Part shown: piece by piece, positions 25,968 to 38,246 of the stretch
Position numbering within the stretch: position 1 is the first letter of the stretch
How the letters are laid out: the number at the start of each line of letters is the position of its first letter
NCBI GenBank assembly: GCA_017499595.2
Contig: CM039001.1
Location: forward strand, 620,001-684,000
Source: Psilocybe cubensis
Taxonomy: Eukaryota
Direction of reading: 5' to 3'
Length of the DNA stretch: 64,000 nt
Notes under the pieces: generated by a model
What the model saw: the letters and a program-made list of their open reading frames with translations, nothing else
Databases searched by the model: none
Told to the model about the DNA's origin: nothing
Made by a program: the position numbers and the translations under genes

Positions 25968-27658
25968 ATGCAAGCTCCTACGTTTGTTCCTCTAATTTCA
26001 TTAAAGCCAGAAGACAAAAGTCAATGAAAACCGCATCTCATTCTGCAGACCGCTCCTCAGTTTAGCTGAGATTATTGAGTTCGCTGAGCAGCTTATGACC
26101 ACACGGTATGTAAATTGAGTTTATTTCTGAAGGTTGTTTGTTTGAACAGAGTGCCTGGCATAACTTTCAAAGGTATGTCGCCGTCGCTGGGGTTATCATT
26201 TTGATCTACGATTGGATGATTACATTCGATGAGGAAGTGCGTCATAGTTCATTTCGACTTACACAATATGTGATTTGACTTTACGTTCACAGGTCAGCAG
26301 TATATGGCCGGCCAAAATATCCTCAACGAAAGTTATATTCTTGCTTAATCGCTATGTTAACATCGGCTCGCAATTGAGCATGATAGTGTACCTCATTGGA
26401 CTGGTTCAGGCGAAGTCCCAAACGGTAAGCAACCCGTTGAATCTCATTTATTTGCAAGGTGATCTGAGATGAACGTTCAAAGACATGCGTGTTCTATATC
26501 ATCGCGTATGGGGGCACTGTCTTCCTGGCATTGGCTTCCGTGCACGGTAAGCATGTCTGGCCATATGTATATTTTCTTTAAAATTAATGGCGGAAGTTAG
26601 TCCTCGTAATCCTTCGCGCTTGGGTTGTTTGGAATCGTCAACCGTCGATCGCGTTGGCATTGGCTTCTGCTTACACCATTTACGCTGTAGCATGCATTGC
26701 TTTGATATCGTATGCAGCTATTACTCATGCCAGTGAGTTTTTCTGTTCTTCATTGAAAATAAATCTATCAACGATGTATGAAATAGAGTCTTTCATTTTT
26801 GACATTGAAGGGACGTGTGTGTTGTTTGTTGCTCGTAAGTCAATTACATTGGCTACATTTCTTCGTCAATAACCTGAGCATTCACTCATTCATTTTCTAG
26901 CACATCTAGTAAGTAAAGAGTTATGCAGGGTGGGAATATAAGGTAATAATGATATATATACAGTGGCTTGTCTGGCTGGCAAGGCAAGCTTTTCTTATTA
27001 TATGTTGTTATATGATAAGCGCCCGTGCTCACCTCCAGTTGCTGGACCGTTCTCAGTTTGGCACTCGAATACGTTTCATTTCTGTTTACAATGGCGAGCA
27101 TTTCACGACATTATAAAAACAGTAACCCGGGACTCGATGGTCTTCAACCTATTGTTAGAAGAGTGTATCTGTCAGGTACTTACACAATACTTCTGAGCCA
27201 TCGTGTCGCTAACAGCCTTATCCTAGCATTCGTATACATTATAGTGAGATTCTGCTGACAATATCAGTAATAGTAAGACCTTACTTTTGCTTTCGAACAG
27301 TTTTCGACGACCTGCCATGTTTCCAACATGATACTATGGTAAGTGAATAGTTTATTTGCTTGTGCGACTGCCATGCTCAAAATCGACAATAAGGGCCGTG
27401 TTCTGGAGAACGCCTTACAACATGATTGCCGTTACGTTAGTAAAGATTCTTTATAATTATATCTCTACACCTCCACTAAACTCTAAATGCAACAGTTTTA
27501 ACTGCTGCTTGATGAATGTTGCTGGTCAACGCTTTGTTCTGGACCTGCGTCGTGCTCACGAGGAACGGATGATGCCTTCTAGACTGGCTTTATCAGATAT
27601 TGATACGCGACTTATTATATTCGAACTATTAACTCGCAATGATAGGGAATTACACTGA
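25968..27658 (+). CDS. DUF6533-type multi-pass membrane protein
   Basis: Spliced N-terminus MQAPT|PLLSLAEIIEFAEQLMTTR|YVAVAGVIILIYDWMITFDEE|VSSIWPAKISSTKVIFLLNRY matches the YD..TF.EEV..IW...K..F..NRY signature. The C-terminus has RFVLDLRR. Confidence 0.75.
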
Positions 27659-28741
27659 TTATGGATGAAAAGTGTGACAAGGGCAGAGCGACCTCGGAAA
27701 ACAAATAAAAGACGCTGTCATGATAAAATTCATGACTCGAGCACCCGAGGTGGTTAGTAGGAAAAATTCTGTAGTTTGACAAGCGCAAGGATTTGCAGCA
27801 CCAGCCTCCTTTGTCGGGAGCATCTAACTGAAGGTTCTGGCCAAGAAACTGAACTTATTTTTGGCTGAGAGCAGAAGGCTTGGGATGGAGAGGCCTGTAT
27901 CGCTGAAAGGATGCTTGTTGTTGATCCGGAAAATTGTAGGAGGCATTGCTGCGATAGTCCTAAATATTACTAAATATGTACATTGCAATTCTTACTTGCG
28001 ACCATAGCATATACACTTGTGCTAGTGTGACAGGACCTCGGCCCGAGTCTGCGGATACTTTCTATGCTCACCACGAAATCGGCGCCAATTTTCCTAACTT
28101 CCTTTGCTTGGCATCAGAGGTGAAAAAAACATGTTTCCTTGCGGAGGCAAGAAAAGCTTAATCAAGCAAAGTTCAAACGATGTCCAGGTATCTGAATTAT
28201 ACGCTGTGGTCTGATTCAAATGGCCACAATGCTTGAATGTGTTGGTTAGTAGTTATAGATAAGCATTGATTTTTTCTGGGAGCATGGGAGGCAGAGCAGG
28301 AAGCCAAACGGTAAATGTAAGTCGCTGTATTTCGGTGCCTGGAATCCATTGTCCATTATACGCGTCTACTGCAGCGGAAATGAATGACTTGATTGAAGAT
28401 ACGCCACTAAAAGTGTCAGATATTCAGATCCCTATAACACAGCCTAGAACAGTTGAATCCGGCACCGTGTAGGCGATACCATGATCTTGGTGATTGCATC
28501 CCTGCAGTCTCTTTCTCGCCTCCACCGCCGAAACGTTGGTTAATTGGTCTCAACAAACTTATGATACCTTATTTTGATAATTTGCGGGCCCCTTCCAGTT
28601 CATCCATCCTCATGACCGATGTAGATCCGTTGAGTCGCAAACACAGGCAAATATATTTGGGATAGTATAAAATGGCCCCCGTATTTCACTCGATAAAACA
28701 GCAACTTGTTCAAACTCGACCACAAGCTCGCATTCGCAAAG

Positions 28742-28958
28742 ATGATCGCTGTGAGCTCCTTTCTTATCGCCTTGCTTTTCGGTCGCTAAATATCATTATG
28801 TGTCCATAGATCACCAACGTCCCCGTGAACCACAACGGCTGCGGAAGCAACTCCTGCGGCTGCAACACAAGGTAAGAAATACTGTCTAATCATGATTCCA
28901 AACATTTACTCACTCGTTTGATAGCTGCGCCTGCAAGCCCGGTGATTGCAAATGCTAA
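28742..28958 (+). CDS. Metallothionein (34 aa, 3 exons)
   Basis: Exons 28742-28750, 28810-28871 and 28925-28958 with canonical GT-AG introns give MIAITNVPVNHNGCGSNSCGCNTSCACKPGDCKC* (7 Cys, three CxC). TATAAAA at ~28667. Confidence 0.93.
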
Positions 28959-30028
28959 ACGCTGCCAGTACTACCGACTTGACATCAACGGCGTTCCAAC
29001 AATCCAAATTCAAATCTAACCAGCTCGTTAAAGAAAGAAATGAATAAATCCATTGTTTTGAGCGTGTCCTATCCGTTGAAAATTAAGCTAGAGCACAGTT
29101 TACTTGATATCCAACGAATTTCACGGAAAGCAATTTTATGATCAGAGGTTCCTATCAATATGGACAATAGTATACCTCCACCACCCACTGGAGATGCTCA
29201 GCTACGGTGCTGCTTCAAAGAAGAGGTAAATCGAGGGGTTAGCACGTAGATGTGGAGATTGGTGTCCAGAGAAAGAGGCGTCGAAATATACTACTCCATC
29301 GGCATTGGCCAGGGCTAAACACCACAGTAGATAAACATTTGGATAGGGAGCGTAGAGAGTCTGGTCCACTCATACCCGATCACGGTGAAAACTGTTCCCG
29401 AGTCGCGCTTAGCAAGATACCGAAGAAAGGTTGTAAGGATAGCGCACCACGACACTCGATTTCCTGAGCTTTGAAGCCACAAGCCTAAAAAATATTGTAG
29501 CAATCAGCTGTTCTAGTGGCCACCATCATGTGCAGTATCAAAAGGAAAAGAAGCGAAGAGATACAACCCCAGAATGTCGCAGGATGAAAGATGAGCAGGA
29601 TTGTTGGGTGCTGCAGTAGATGCTTATATTTACAGATGTTTCCAGAAATGTGTTTTTTCAGGTTTTTTCGGAAGATTGTAAAAGATGAATGGGATCTCCT
29701 GATAGAAATTTCGTCGCAAGGTTGCTGCCCGGCTCAGCCTAGAATAAAAGAAATAAAGCGATGTTGAGTCATATAGTCGTCACTGAGGTAAGATAAGTCG
29801 CTTGAAAATAGCCTTTAGTGTAATCCCAATTTTCAGAGGGGTGTAAGAAAGGTGTTGATTTGAACGAGTATGTCACTGCCACGGTGGCAGTGGCAATTGC
29901 TATCGACCGGATTCTTCGGTCCGCTTTGCTTGTCAATTGCCTGGAATACAAACAACCATCGAAAATCTTCGGTTGTGCGACACTGTACTGTCCTCTATAG
30001 ACAAGGTTAGCTTGTCACTCATTTTAGA

Positions 30029-31025
30029 ATGGCAATTCCTTCGAATATCAGTGGATTCAGTGTAATTCCTGTACTCTATAACTCCTCTACAACACATTAC
30101 CTATATGCCCGGTCCCATACATCAAAAGGACTTTCGAACAAAGTATTACCTGAAGGACGAACTCTTTTCCTAGTCAACCTTCCACCGGACGCGACAGAGC
30201 GAGAATTGGTATTATTCTTCAAGCATAGCGGGACAGTGGAGAAGGTCGTCTTTGATTTTGATGTGAAGGAGCTCCAAAACGAGGCCAGTGATAGTGAATC
30301 GGATGACGATGAAGAGATGGAGGGCATAGACGCCGCTGGATCAGACGAACAACCCAAAAAAAAGAAGAAATCCCAGAAAGACAAAGCGGAGGTACCAACG
30401 GTAATACCGCTACCAACAAGACCTTTACGCAAGTTTCGAAAAACTGGTTCTTCTGCCTATGTCATTTTCCTGGATACATCTTCTTTGGACCGCGCTCTTG
30501 CTTCTACCAGTAAACCCAGGACATGGCCCACATCCGACGATGAACCTTCAGGTCTTGGGCACTACCGTGCGATGTATGAAGCAGCACGCCCCCCACTAGA
30601 TGCCGTTCGTGCATACGCCGACACTTTCGTCGAGGTCTACGAATACGAGTTAGCCAAGAGCCGACAAAAATCAAAATACCGGAAGGGTGAAGCAATTGTT
30701 GACGAAGATGGGTTCACTCTGGTTACAAGAGGTGGAGCATACGGCAAGACGCTTGGAGGCGGAGTGGGTGTAGCAAGCAAAGCATTCCAACGTTCTGGAG
30801 AATCGGCCAGAAATAGACATCACAAGAAGGAAAAGAAGGAGAAGGAAGGTTTCTATGCTTTCCAGAAGGCTGAAAAGCAGCGCTCAGGTTTGGGATATTT
30901 ATCCTCTCGTCACCAACCCTCTAATCCGCTGGCATACAGGCTTGATAGAACTGAAGAGGAAATGGGAAGAAGACAAAGCGAAGGTGGAAAAACTGAAGGC
31001 GTCCAGACGGTTCAAACCCTACTGA
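30029..31025 (+). CDS. RRP7: Ribosomal RNA-processing protein 7
   Basis: N-terminal RTLFLVNLPPDAT and DEDGFTLVTR. Removing intron 30888-30939 gives FYAFQKAEKQRSGLIELKRKWEEDKAKVEKLKASRRFKPY*. Confidence 0.92.
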
Positions 31026-31374
31026 TTTGTATTTTCAATATTCGACTGTCTCTCAATCTACTATTTCCCCCTGCAGTCGCTCATTTTTAAAAGCTGGTGG
31101 ATATTATATTCTACCGCTATTGATTTAGCAATCAGATCTATGTTAGCAAGGGTACGGGTGATAGATTTTGCTTTGTTCTGACATATACACCGAAAACTTC
31201 TAGTCTGTGATCCGTATCAATTCCTTGCGTTTGGTGATGCAAGTTAAACACACACCCATCGGTATTCAATTCCTCATTTTTGCAACGTTAAAAGTTCAAC
31301 TGAAAAAATTTCAAGGGTACTAGTGCTTTTAGGTATCTATTCGTGTCGTTATTCTCCTTCACATTGAAGTCTCG

Positions 31375-33392
31375 TCAACCCAAGTAGGCAACATGCTCCT
31401 GTGAGCGCGGTTTAATATGGCAGCGGAATGGCTTCAAGTGTCTACATGATGCCATGAGTAATAATGATACCTAACCCAATCAACAACCTGACCTTATAAC
31501 ACCAGTGGACCAAGCTATGACAGGCTCTTCTGGCAATCCGTTACTGTCAAGAGGTTTCGAAATATCGAAAACGGCTAAGATGCTGGATATACTGAAAAAT
31601 AGTGACATCTCTGCGAAGTGGGCACCTAGCGGTATGTTTGAGCTCAATTCTATCTTAGCAACCCGGGCATGGCGACGGACCTGGACAAACTCTTCTTCCA
31701 AAACCAAATGCGAACTTCGTAGGGTCTTGTTGGGGTGAATTGCCTAAATGGCGGGAAGGATCGAATCGGGAAGGATCAGGATACATTTCTTTGTCGTGTG
31801 CCATAGCCCTGGGGACCCATTGACAAGTTGAAGTGCCAGGATTTTTCAAGATACACCTACCACACATTCGCGATGATTTTACTGCCTTTTGGAATGAAAT
31901 ACTCTTCATAGATGTCATCTTCCATTACCCGGTGGAATAGACCTGGGAACCTTTCAGCGTCAATATGTAATGACACTTTTGCAGGACACACCTAATGGAA
32001 CAACGGGCGCCCAACGCAAGACCTCTTTGATAATCGCTCGGATGTATGGAAGCGCGTCATAGTCATCAAATGTTGGGAGTCGATTAGGAGCAATTTTATC
32101 GATATCAGCCTGAGCTTTCTTCTGTACTTCTGGATGCATCATCATGGCAAGGAAAAAGCTCGTCAAAGCAGAAACGGTCTATCGTTGTGTAAGTGGTGCA
32201 TTTTTCCCATTTTCGATGCGTTGATAACTCACTGTATCTGCTCCACCAACATAGAGAGATGCCGCCGCCCATTTAACATTGTCGTAGGCCTGACCTTCAT
32301 CATTTCCCACATCCGAAAGGAGGTGGCGTGAGGTAAAAGACTCTACAAAGTCGCCTGTAGCCTGAATATGACTTTAACTGACGTCTCCTTAGAAATTAGA
32401 TGGATTACTCACTATTTGTTTTCTGGACCACTCGAACGGGGCCTGGTTGACTTGTGCCCAACTTTTTCCAGTCTCGTGCGCAACCTTTTTGAATCCTGCA
32501 CCAGGCATCCAGGCCGGCACAAATCTCACTGTCATAAACGCGGTCATGATTTGGACTCCTAAGGAAACGATGCGACTTGCAAAAAGGGAAGAATTCGACC
32601 CAGTATTTTCCCGGGGCATTCAATTCCGCGTTCCTTTTCAGGCCTTGATCAACTGCTCCAACAAATTCATCACCGTTCGATTCAACCTGGTATCCATACG
32701 CGACTTTCAGGATTACAGCTACTGCATTCCTAAATGCGAAGGTAGTTGAATAGGCTCTTTTTAACAAAATGGGTCAAACAATACCTTCTTATATGAGTGA
32801 AAAATGCCTCAGGGTAATCCATCAGACCTTGAAGAAGCACCTGCACCTCCCGCATCTGAATAGGTCGATAAGTCCTAGAAGCCCGTGCATTGAGACCGTC
32901 CTGTAGAAGTCGTCTCAAAGACTTGAAGGAGGGATTCGAGAATCGGGTCATGAAAATCATCGATTTCTGACCAGCCAGTTCACCAGCCATCCACATGATT
33001 GGCCTATCTGAGTAGATGGATGAGCGGGAGTCTAGGAGATCCGCTGCTGCTTTGAGTGAGTTAAGAATGATTGTTTTACTGTGGAACACTCGGAAATAAG
33101 TGACTGGGCCTGTGTATAGACACGCTCAGTCACTACATTGTCCAATGGGATATTTTAGTTTACCATAGGTTTTCGCCCAAGAAGTGAACTCAAGCCAATG
33201 ATCGGACTTCGGTAGCTGCTGTAAATTTCCCGTTATTAACCTTGGATTTGGTCCTGGTGGCAGCCTCACACCCTTGACAGCAAGGGTTGATTGACGTCCT
33301 AGCCAAAGCGTTGTGTACAGGATAAAGCCAACAAAAATTACGATGCTAGTCGTCCAGAGAAATGTTTCCACCGCAATTGTAGTATCGATCAT
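31375..33392 (-). CDS. Cytochrome P450 (CYP64-clan/CYP5144-like), copy 1
   Basis: N-terminal TM + PPGP, I-helix LYVGGADT|TVS, KEVLRW (ExxR), heme motif FGFGRRVCPG; multi-exon. Confidence 0.92.
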
Positions 33393-33459
33393 TTTCAAGC
33401 AGATGAAAAGAATTTGGAGGGGACGATGCAGTTGGTGAGAAGGTAGGTATATCAGGACC

Positions 33460-33471
33460 GCAGCTTATAAA
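33460..33471 (-). promoter_or_regulatory. TATA element (TTTATAAGCTGC) of P450 copy 1
   Basis: 68 bp upstream of the ATG; the same TATAAGCTGC occurs upstream of copy 2. Confidence 0.55.
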
Positions 33472-33664
33472 CTATCTCGAAACCTCCCTTCCTGATTTCT
33501 ACCACCTCATCCACTAATTCTCCTAATACTTCGCCGTTGTAATAAGCCGATCTCAGGATTTATGTATTTTTTTAGTCGATTCAAATTGCAAAAATAGCCC
33601 CGGCTTAGAGGTGGACTTCAAAATGCTGACCGTCGCGGATGTTGCACTTTGTAATTCCTGTCAT

Positions 33665-33748
33665 GGCTACCTAGCGCAATGGTAGCGCGTTTGGCTTCGA
33701 TTGCTGAATGGCACCAAAAGGTTGCAGGTTCGAGTCCTGCGGTGGTCA
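33665..33748 (+). tRNA. tRNA-Arg(UCG) with 12-nt intron
   Basis: Acceptor GGCTACC/GGTGGTC, D-arm GCGC-AATGGTA-GCGC, anticodon stem TTTGG/CCAAA with loop CT-TCG-A, intron TTGCTGAATGGC, T-arm GCAGG-TTCGAGT-CCTGC, followed by a T6 terminator. Confidence 0.95.
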
Positions 33749-33878
33749 TTTTTTCGATCCTGATACTTCCAATTCTTCGGTTGTCTACCCTTGACAACAT
33801 TCTGTCACTTATCTGAAGCGCTCCACAATGTCCGCCGTCGTATATTTTGGGATATCACGAATAATGACATGCCTGTAC

Positions 33879-35987
33879 TCATATTTCAAGGAGAACATTT
33901 TTAGGACGAGGTATGATTTGGCAATCAAAGGGCTTGAGATGGCTATATGTTTACCAGTGGATCAGGAGAGGTCGTCAATTATGAAGTAATTAATGTTATC
34001 TGACCTTGTGATACCTGTAGTCCAGGCAATGGAAGGCTCGATAGTTACTCCATTCTTGTCCAAAGGTTTTGAAATGTCGAATGCAGCTAATATGTTTGAT
34101 ATGTTCAGGAATAGCGACATCTCTGCCAGATGTGCCCCTGAGAGTATATGCAAGTCAGACCAACGCAGCGAGGATCTACCGTAATAGGGGTTTATGTGAC
34201 GCTCAAAAATATCTCACCTGGGCAAAATCTCCTCCCAAACCCGAAGACAAACTTAAAAGGATCAGCCTGGGGCGAGTCCCCCAAGTGGCGTGTAGGATCA
34301 AAGATATGGGGATTAGGATATAAATCTTCGTCGTGTGTAATTGCCCTGGCGGTGGATCAAGCTATGACAATGAAGTATTTTCTTCTAAATCTTACCATAT
34401 ATTGCCTATTACTCTAGTACCTTTGGGTACGAAATAGTTTTCGTAGATGTCATCCACCATTGCTTTATGCGGAATACCTATGTCACGTTGGTCATCCAGC
34501 TCAAAGAAATCGACATATACACGATATACATACCGAGTGGGGCCACAGGTGCCCACCGTAGAATCTCCTTGATCATCGCTCTGATATACGGAAGGGACTC
34601 GAAGTCATCGAGAGTTGGAAGTCTATCAGGTGCCACCTCGTCGACATCCTTCTGCGCTCGCTTCTGAACATCGGGATAGAGTGACATAATTAAGAAGAAT
34701 GTTGTCAGTGCAGAGACGGTCTGCATCGAGCCAGAGATTGTTGAGTTTGAGTAATAATTATACTTGACGATAACGAAGAAGTCAAAGGACTAACCGTGTC
34801 TCCACCGCCGATGTACAATGCAGCAGAACACCATTTAATTTCCTCTAATAGAGCTCGGTCTGTTGGGAGTTGTCCATCTTCTATGTGGAGATGCTTCGAG
34901 GTGAACGATTCGATGAAGTCGCCCTTCGCCTATTGATTATGTCGAGAATCAGAATAATCGAAACAGTAATCGATAGTAATGTGGCCAAACCATGTTTTCC
35001 AACGTCCATTGGAAAGGAATGCTTTCTACGCGGCTGGAAGTTTTTCCGAGCTCACGCGCCAACCTTTTGAAACCAGCACCGGGGAACCACTCTGGGAGGA
35101 ATCTTACTACAGAAACACGACGTCTTTAGTCCTGATCCAACAGAGAGCCCTAATTAAATAAGGGGCACTTACGTATTGGGAAAAATTCAACCCAGTATTT
35201 ACCAGGCACATTCATGGATGCGCTGATAGTGAATGCATCTTCCAAATACCTAACCATTCTATCGTCGTTAGATTCTACCTGGTATCCGTATGCGACTTTC
35301 ATGATGACCGCTACTGCATTCCTATAGTTCCGCGACAATTATTGAATGAAGTCACAACGTTGAAGACAACTGACCTGCGGATGTGTGCTGCAAATTCTGT
35401 CGGATTGTCTTTCAAGCCGCGAAGAAGCACCAACGTCTCTTCCATTTGAATTGGCCGGTAACTCTTAGCCGCCCTGGAGTTCAGCCCCTGCTGCAGCAGT
35501 TTCCGCATGCTTTTATGACGGGGATCAGAGAACGATGTAGAGAAAACACCATATTTTCTCTTTGCAAGTTCTCCTGACATCCAGCTGGTCGGACGCTCGG
35601 AATATATGGTCGATCGAGACTCTAGCAGGTCTATGGTTGCCTTTGCGGAGTTAAGAATTATAGTTTTATTGTTGAATACGCGGTAATAGACAATGGGACC
35701 TAGATGTCAGATAACGTTTAGCCTTCGATTCTCGAAATGACGTAGCAGGGATCAAGAAGCTCACCGTAGATTTTTGACCAGGATGTGTAAGTCAGCCATG
35801 GTTCTACCTTTGGTATCTGTGTAAGGTTACCCGCAATAAAGCTGCCGGTCGGCCCAGGAGGGAGGCGAATGCCTCTCAACCTCAGTCGATACTTCAGAAA
35901 AAGCCAGAGACAGCCATAATAAACAGCAAGCCCTAGCAGCAGAGCGCTAGGAGATATTCCCAGAGAGTTAATCCACCCGTCTTGCAT
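33879..35987 (-). CDS. Cytochrome P450 (CYP64-clan/CYP5144-like), copy 2, tandem paralog
   Basis: PPGP, LYIGGGDT|TVS, KEILRW, FGFGRRFCPG. Intron positions correspond to copy 1; ends HLKPFDCQIIPRPKNVLLEI*. Confidence 0.92.
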
Positions 35988-36059
35988 TGGCGGTGTCAGT
36001 CACTGTGGGGGATCCAAAAAGCAAGAGCGTCGTGGGCTGCTCGGGACTATGAGAATAAT

Positions 36060-36071
36060 GCAGCTTATATA
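36060..36071 (-). promoter_or_regulatory. TATA element (TATATAAGCTGC) of P450 copy 2
   Basis: 73 bp upstream of the ATG; conserved with copy 1. Confidence 0.55.
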
Positions 36072-36468
36072 TAATCCACTGGCTCATGGGGAGTTTGAGT
36101 GACAAACTTCTCTGTGTGTAACTATTACCAACACTGGTCAGACTGGAGAAGCAGCTGATAGATCAAAAATAGCAAGTCTAGCAAACTTTCATGGAAGAGG
36201 GCTATCACAGCATGACACCACAACGGAGGTGTAAACGTATGACAGGGGGTTTCGTTGAATCCGTTGACAATAGTGGGAAGAAGGCCAGCGCAATACAGTA
36301 GGTGTGTGCAGCGAGATCCACCCAATGTAAGAGGGGTTTTAAAGATGTTCCACAATGTAGTTGTACTGGGAGCTCTCGCGTTGAAAACCATCGTCACAAT
36401 ATAGCAAAACAACAAGACCAAACATTGATGATCAGAGACTCGGCAGGGGACACCATAAACATCAAAAA

Positions 36469-36552
36469 TGACCACCGCAGGACTCGAACCTGCAACCTTT
36501 TGGTGCCATTCAGCAATCGAAGCCAAACGCGCTACCATTGCGCTAGGTAGCC
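36469..36552 (-). tRNA. tRNA-Arg(UCG) with 12-nt intron, identical to 33665-33748
   Basis: Exact reverse complement of the first copy, including the intron; followed by T5. Confidence 0.95.
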
Positions 36553-36799
36553 ACATTGATGTATTCTCGTATGTTGCAATCAGAGCCAAGCATATCCTCG
36601 GGCCAGTAACCAGATCCGATCGCCTGACATGATCAATTAACCCAAATAGGAAGTCGATGATGCCGAATGCTGTGGCCACGATGATTGATGATCTTCAACT
36701 CAGACGCCTGGGGTCGTCATGATATGATCTTGTCCTCTCACTCAAACCACCACCACCATAATCACAGCTTAACAACACACACCATATAGCGTCTTCAAC

Positions 36800-37591
36800 A
36801 TGGCACTCAATTGGGCAATGCTTTCTTCTCACCGCGCACCGGTACCACTACCCAACGAAATGACGATTACGACTGTGGATTCGGGGGTCGACGTGTCGCT
36901 CACTATCCTAGATACTCCACCGGTAGGACCATCGTCGACTGCGGGAAGAAGTGGTGGCGCGAAGAAAATGAAGGCAACCGGGAGGTTGTGGCTGACCGAT
37001 CAACGGGTGAGTGTCTTAGTCCCAGGCGCAGTAGCCAGCGAATGCTTTGCATGCGCCGGAACTAGCGTACTCTCGCTATGTGCCAACGACGGCTTAACTG
37101 ACTGACAAACCCTCTTTTGCTTACCCTCTCCTTGATTTTTCTTGTCGATACAGTTCATATTTGTCACTGATGCCAATTCCTCGTTTGAGTCGTTATCTGT
37201 CCCGCTACACGCAATCCTGTCAACGCGGTTCGAGCAACCCACCTTTGGTGCAAACTACCTTACATTTCAAGTAAAGCCCTCTGCAGAAGGCGGGCTGACA
37301 GAAGGGACGACTGTAGAAGTGCGATTCAAAGATCGTGCAATGTTTGAGTTTGTTAGTTTGTTGGAGAAGTCAAGGGAGCGGGCGATATATATGAAGAGGC
37401 AGATCCAGGAAGACGAGGAAGGGCTACGTGAGTATTTCTTCTTTCCATTTCCTCATAGATAGTACTCAGCTATGCGACTTTGGTGCTGACGATAACAAAT
37501 CTCAATAGCTACGTACACAATGCCCGCGGAATCAAGTACAGTATCAATGGTTGGAGGAATTCCTGTCGAGAATCCTCCAAGCTACGCTTAA
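36800..37591 (+). CDS. WBP2-like GRAM/PH-fold protein with C-terminal PY motifs
   Basis: MALNWAML..., GRLWLTDQR|FIFV..., FESLSVPL...FEQPTFGANYL. The C-terminal LPTY and PPSY motifs appear after splicing two introns. Confidence 0.82.
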
Positions 37592-38246
37592 TTTGACCAC
37601 GTAGGATTCACTTTTAACGCACGAACAATTTATTACCCTACCATAGTTCAATAGTGGATTGTTTGGGATGTATCGATACTAACTAATGTATGGTTTGGAC
37701 AGACGAAGCTGGAAACAATGTTTTTGACACTGTTCTAAGTTCTGACCTCCTATCATCTCAGTCGAAGAAACTCGTGGAGCGCCAGCAGATTAATGTGCAT
37801 TTTCCATGATCATCGCAGTATATTATGCAGTTTCGGGTTCCGATGTGTCCGTGTCATGTACTTGTCATAGAGAATTAAAAATAGTGTTGATACCACCAAA
37901 ACGCACACGTTGATGATCATAGTATCATTAGAAATTTATGTATTGATCATCGTGGATGAGATATGACCTGAGTAGGTGACTATTAAGCCATTCTTTTGAT
38001 CGCAAGTGGCAAATGATGACATGGACAACCCGTGAGCGTGAGAACGAATTAATTGGGGCAAAGTGGCGGTTGAGTTTGGCTCAACAAGTTTGACTACTAC
38101 CATGGAGGACTCTCAGATCTCATGCTTAAGAACTACCTTTTCCTGAAGAAAACATCCGCCACGGTACTACTGTTAAAATAATAATCCATCTCCTGTTCAA
38201 CCAACTCCTTTGGTTTTTTTAATCTGCTACTCAAGAAGACCACGAG

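Noticed and set aside
33618..36679. Similar peptides in ORFs 33618-33800 and 36125-36679; possible transposon terminal inverted repeats
   Set aside because: The repeat is exactly a tRNA gene. No transposase or target-site duplication is visible, so no mobile element is called.
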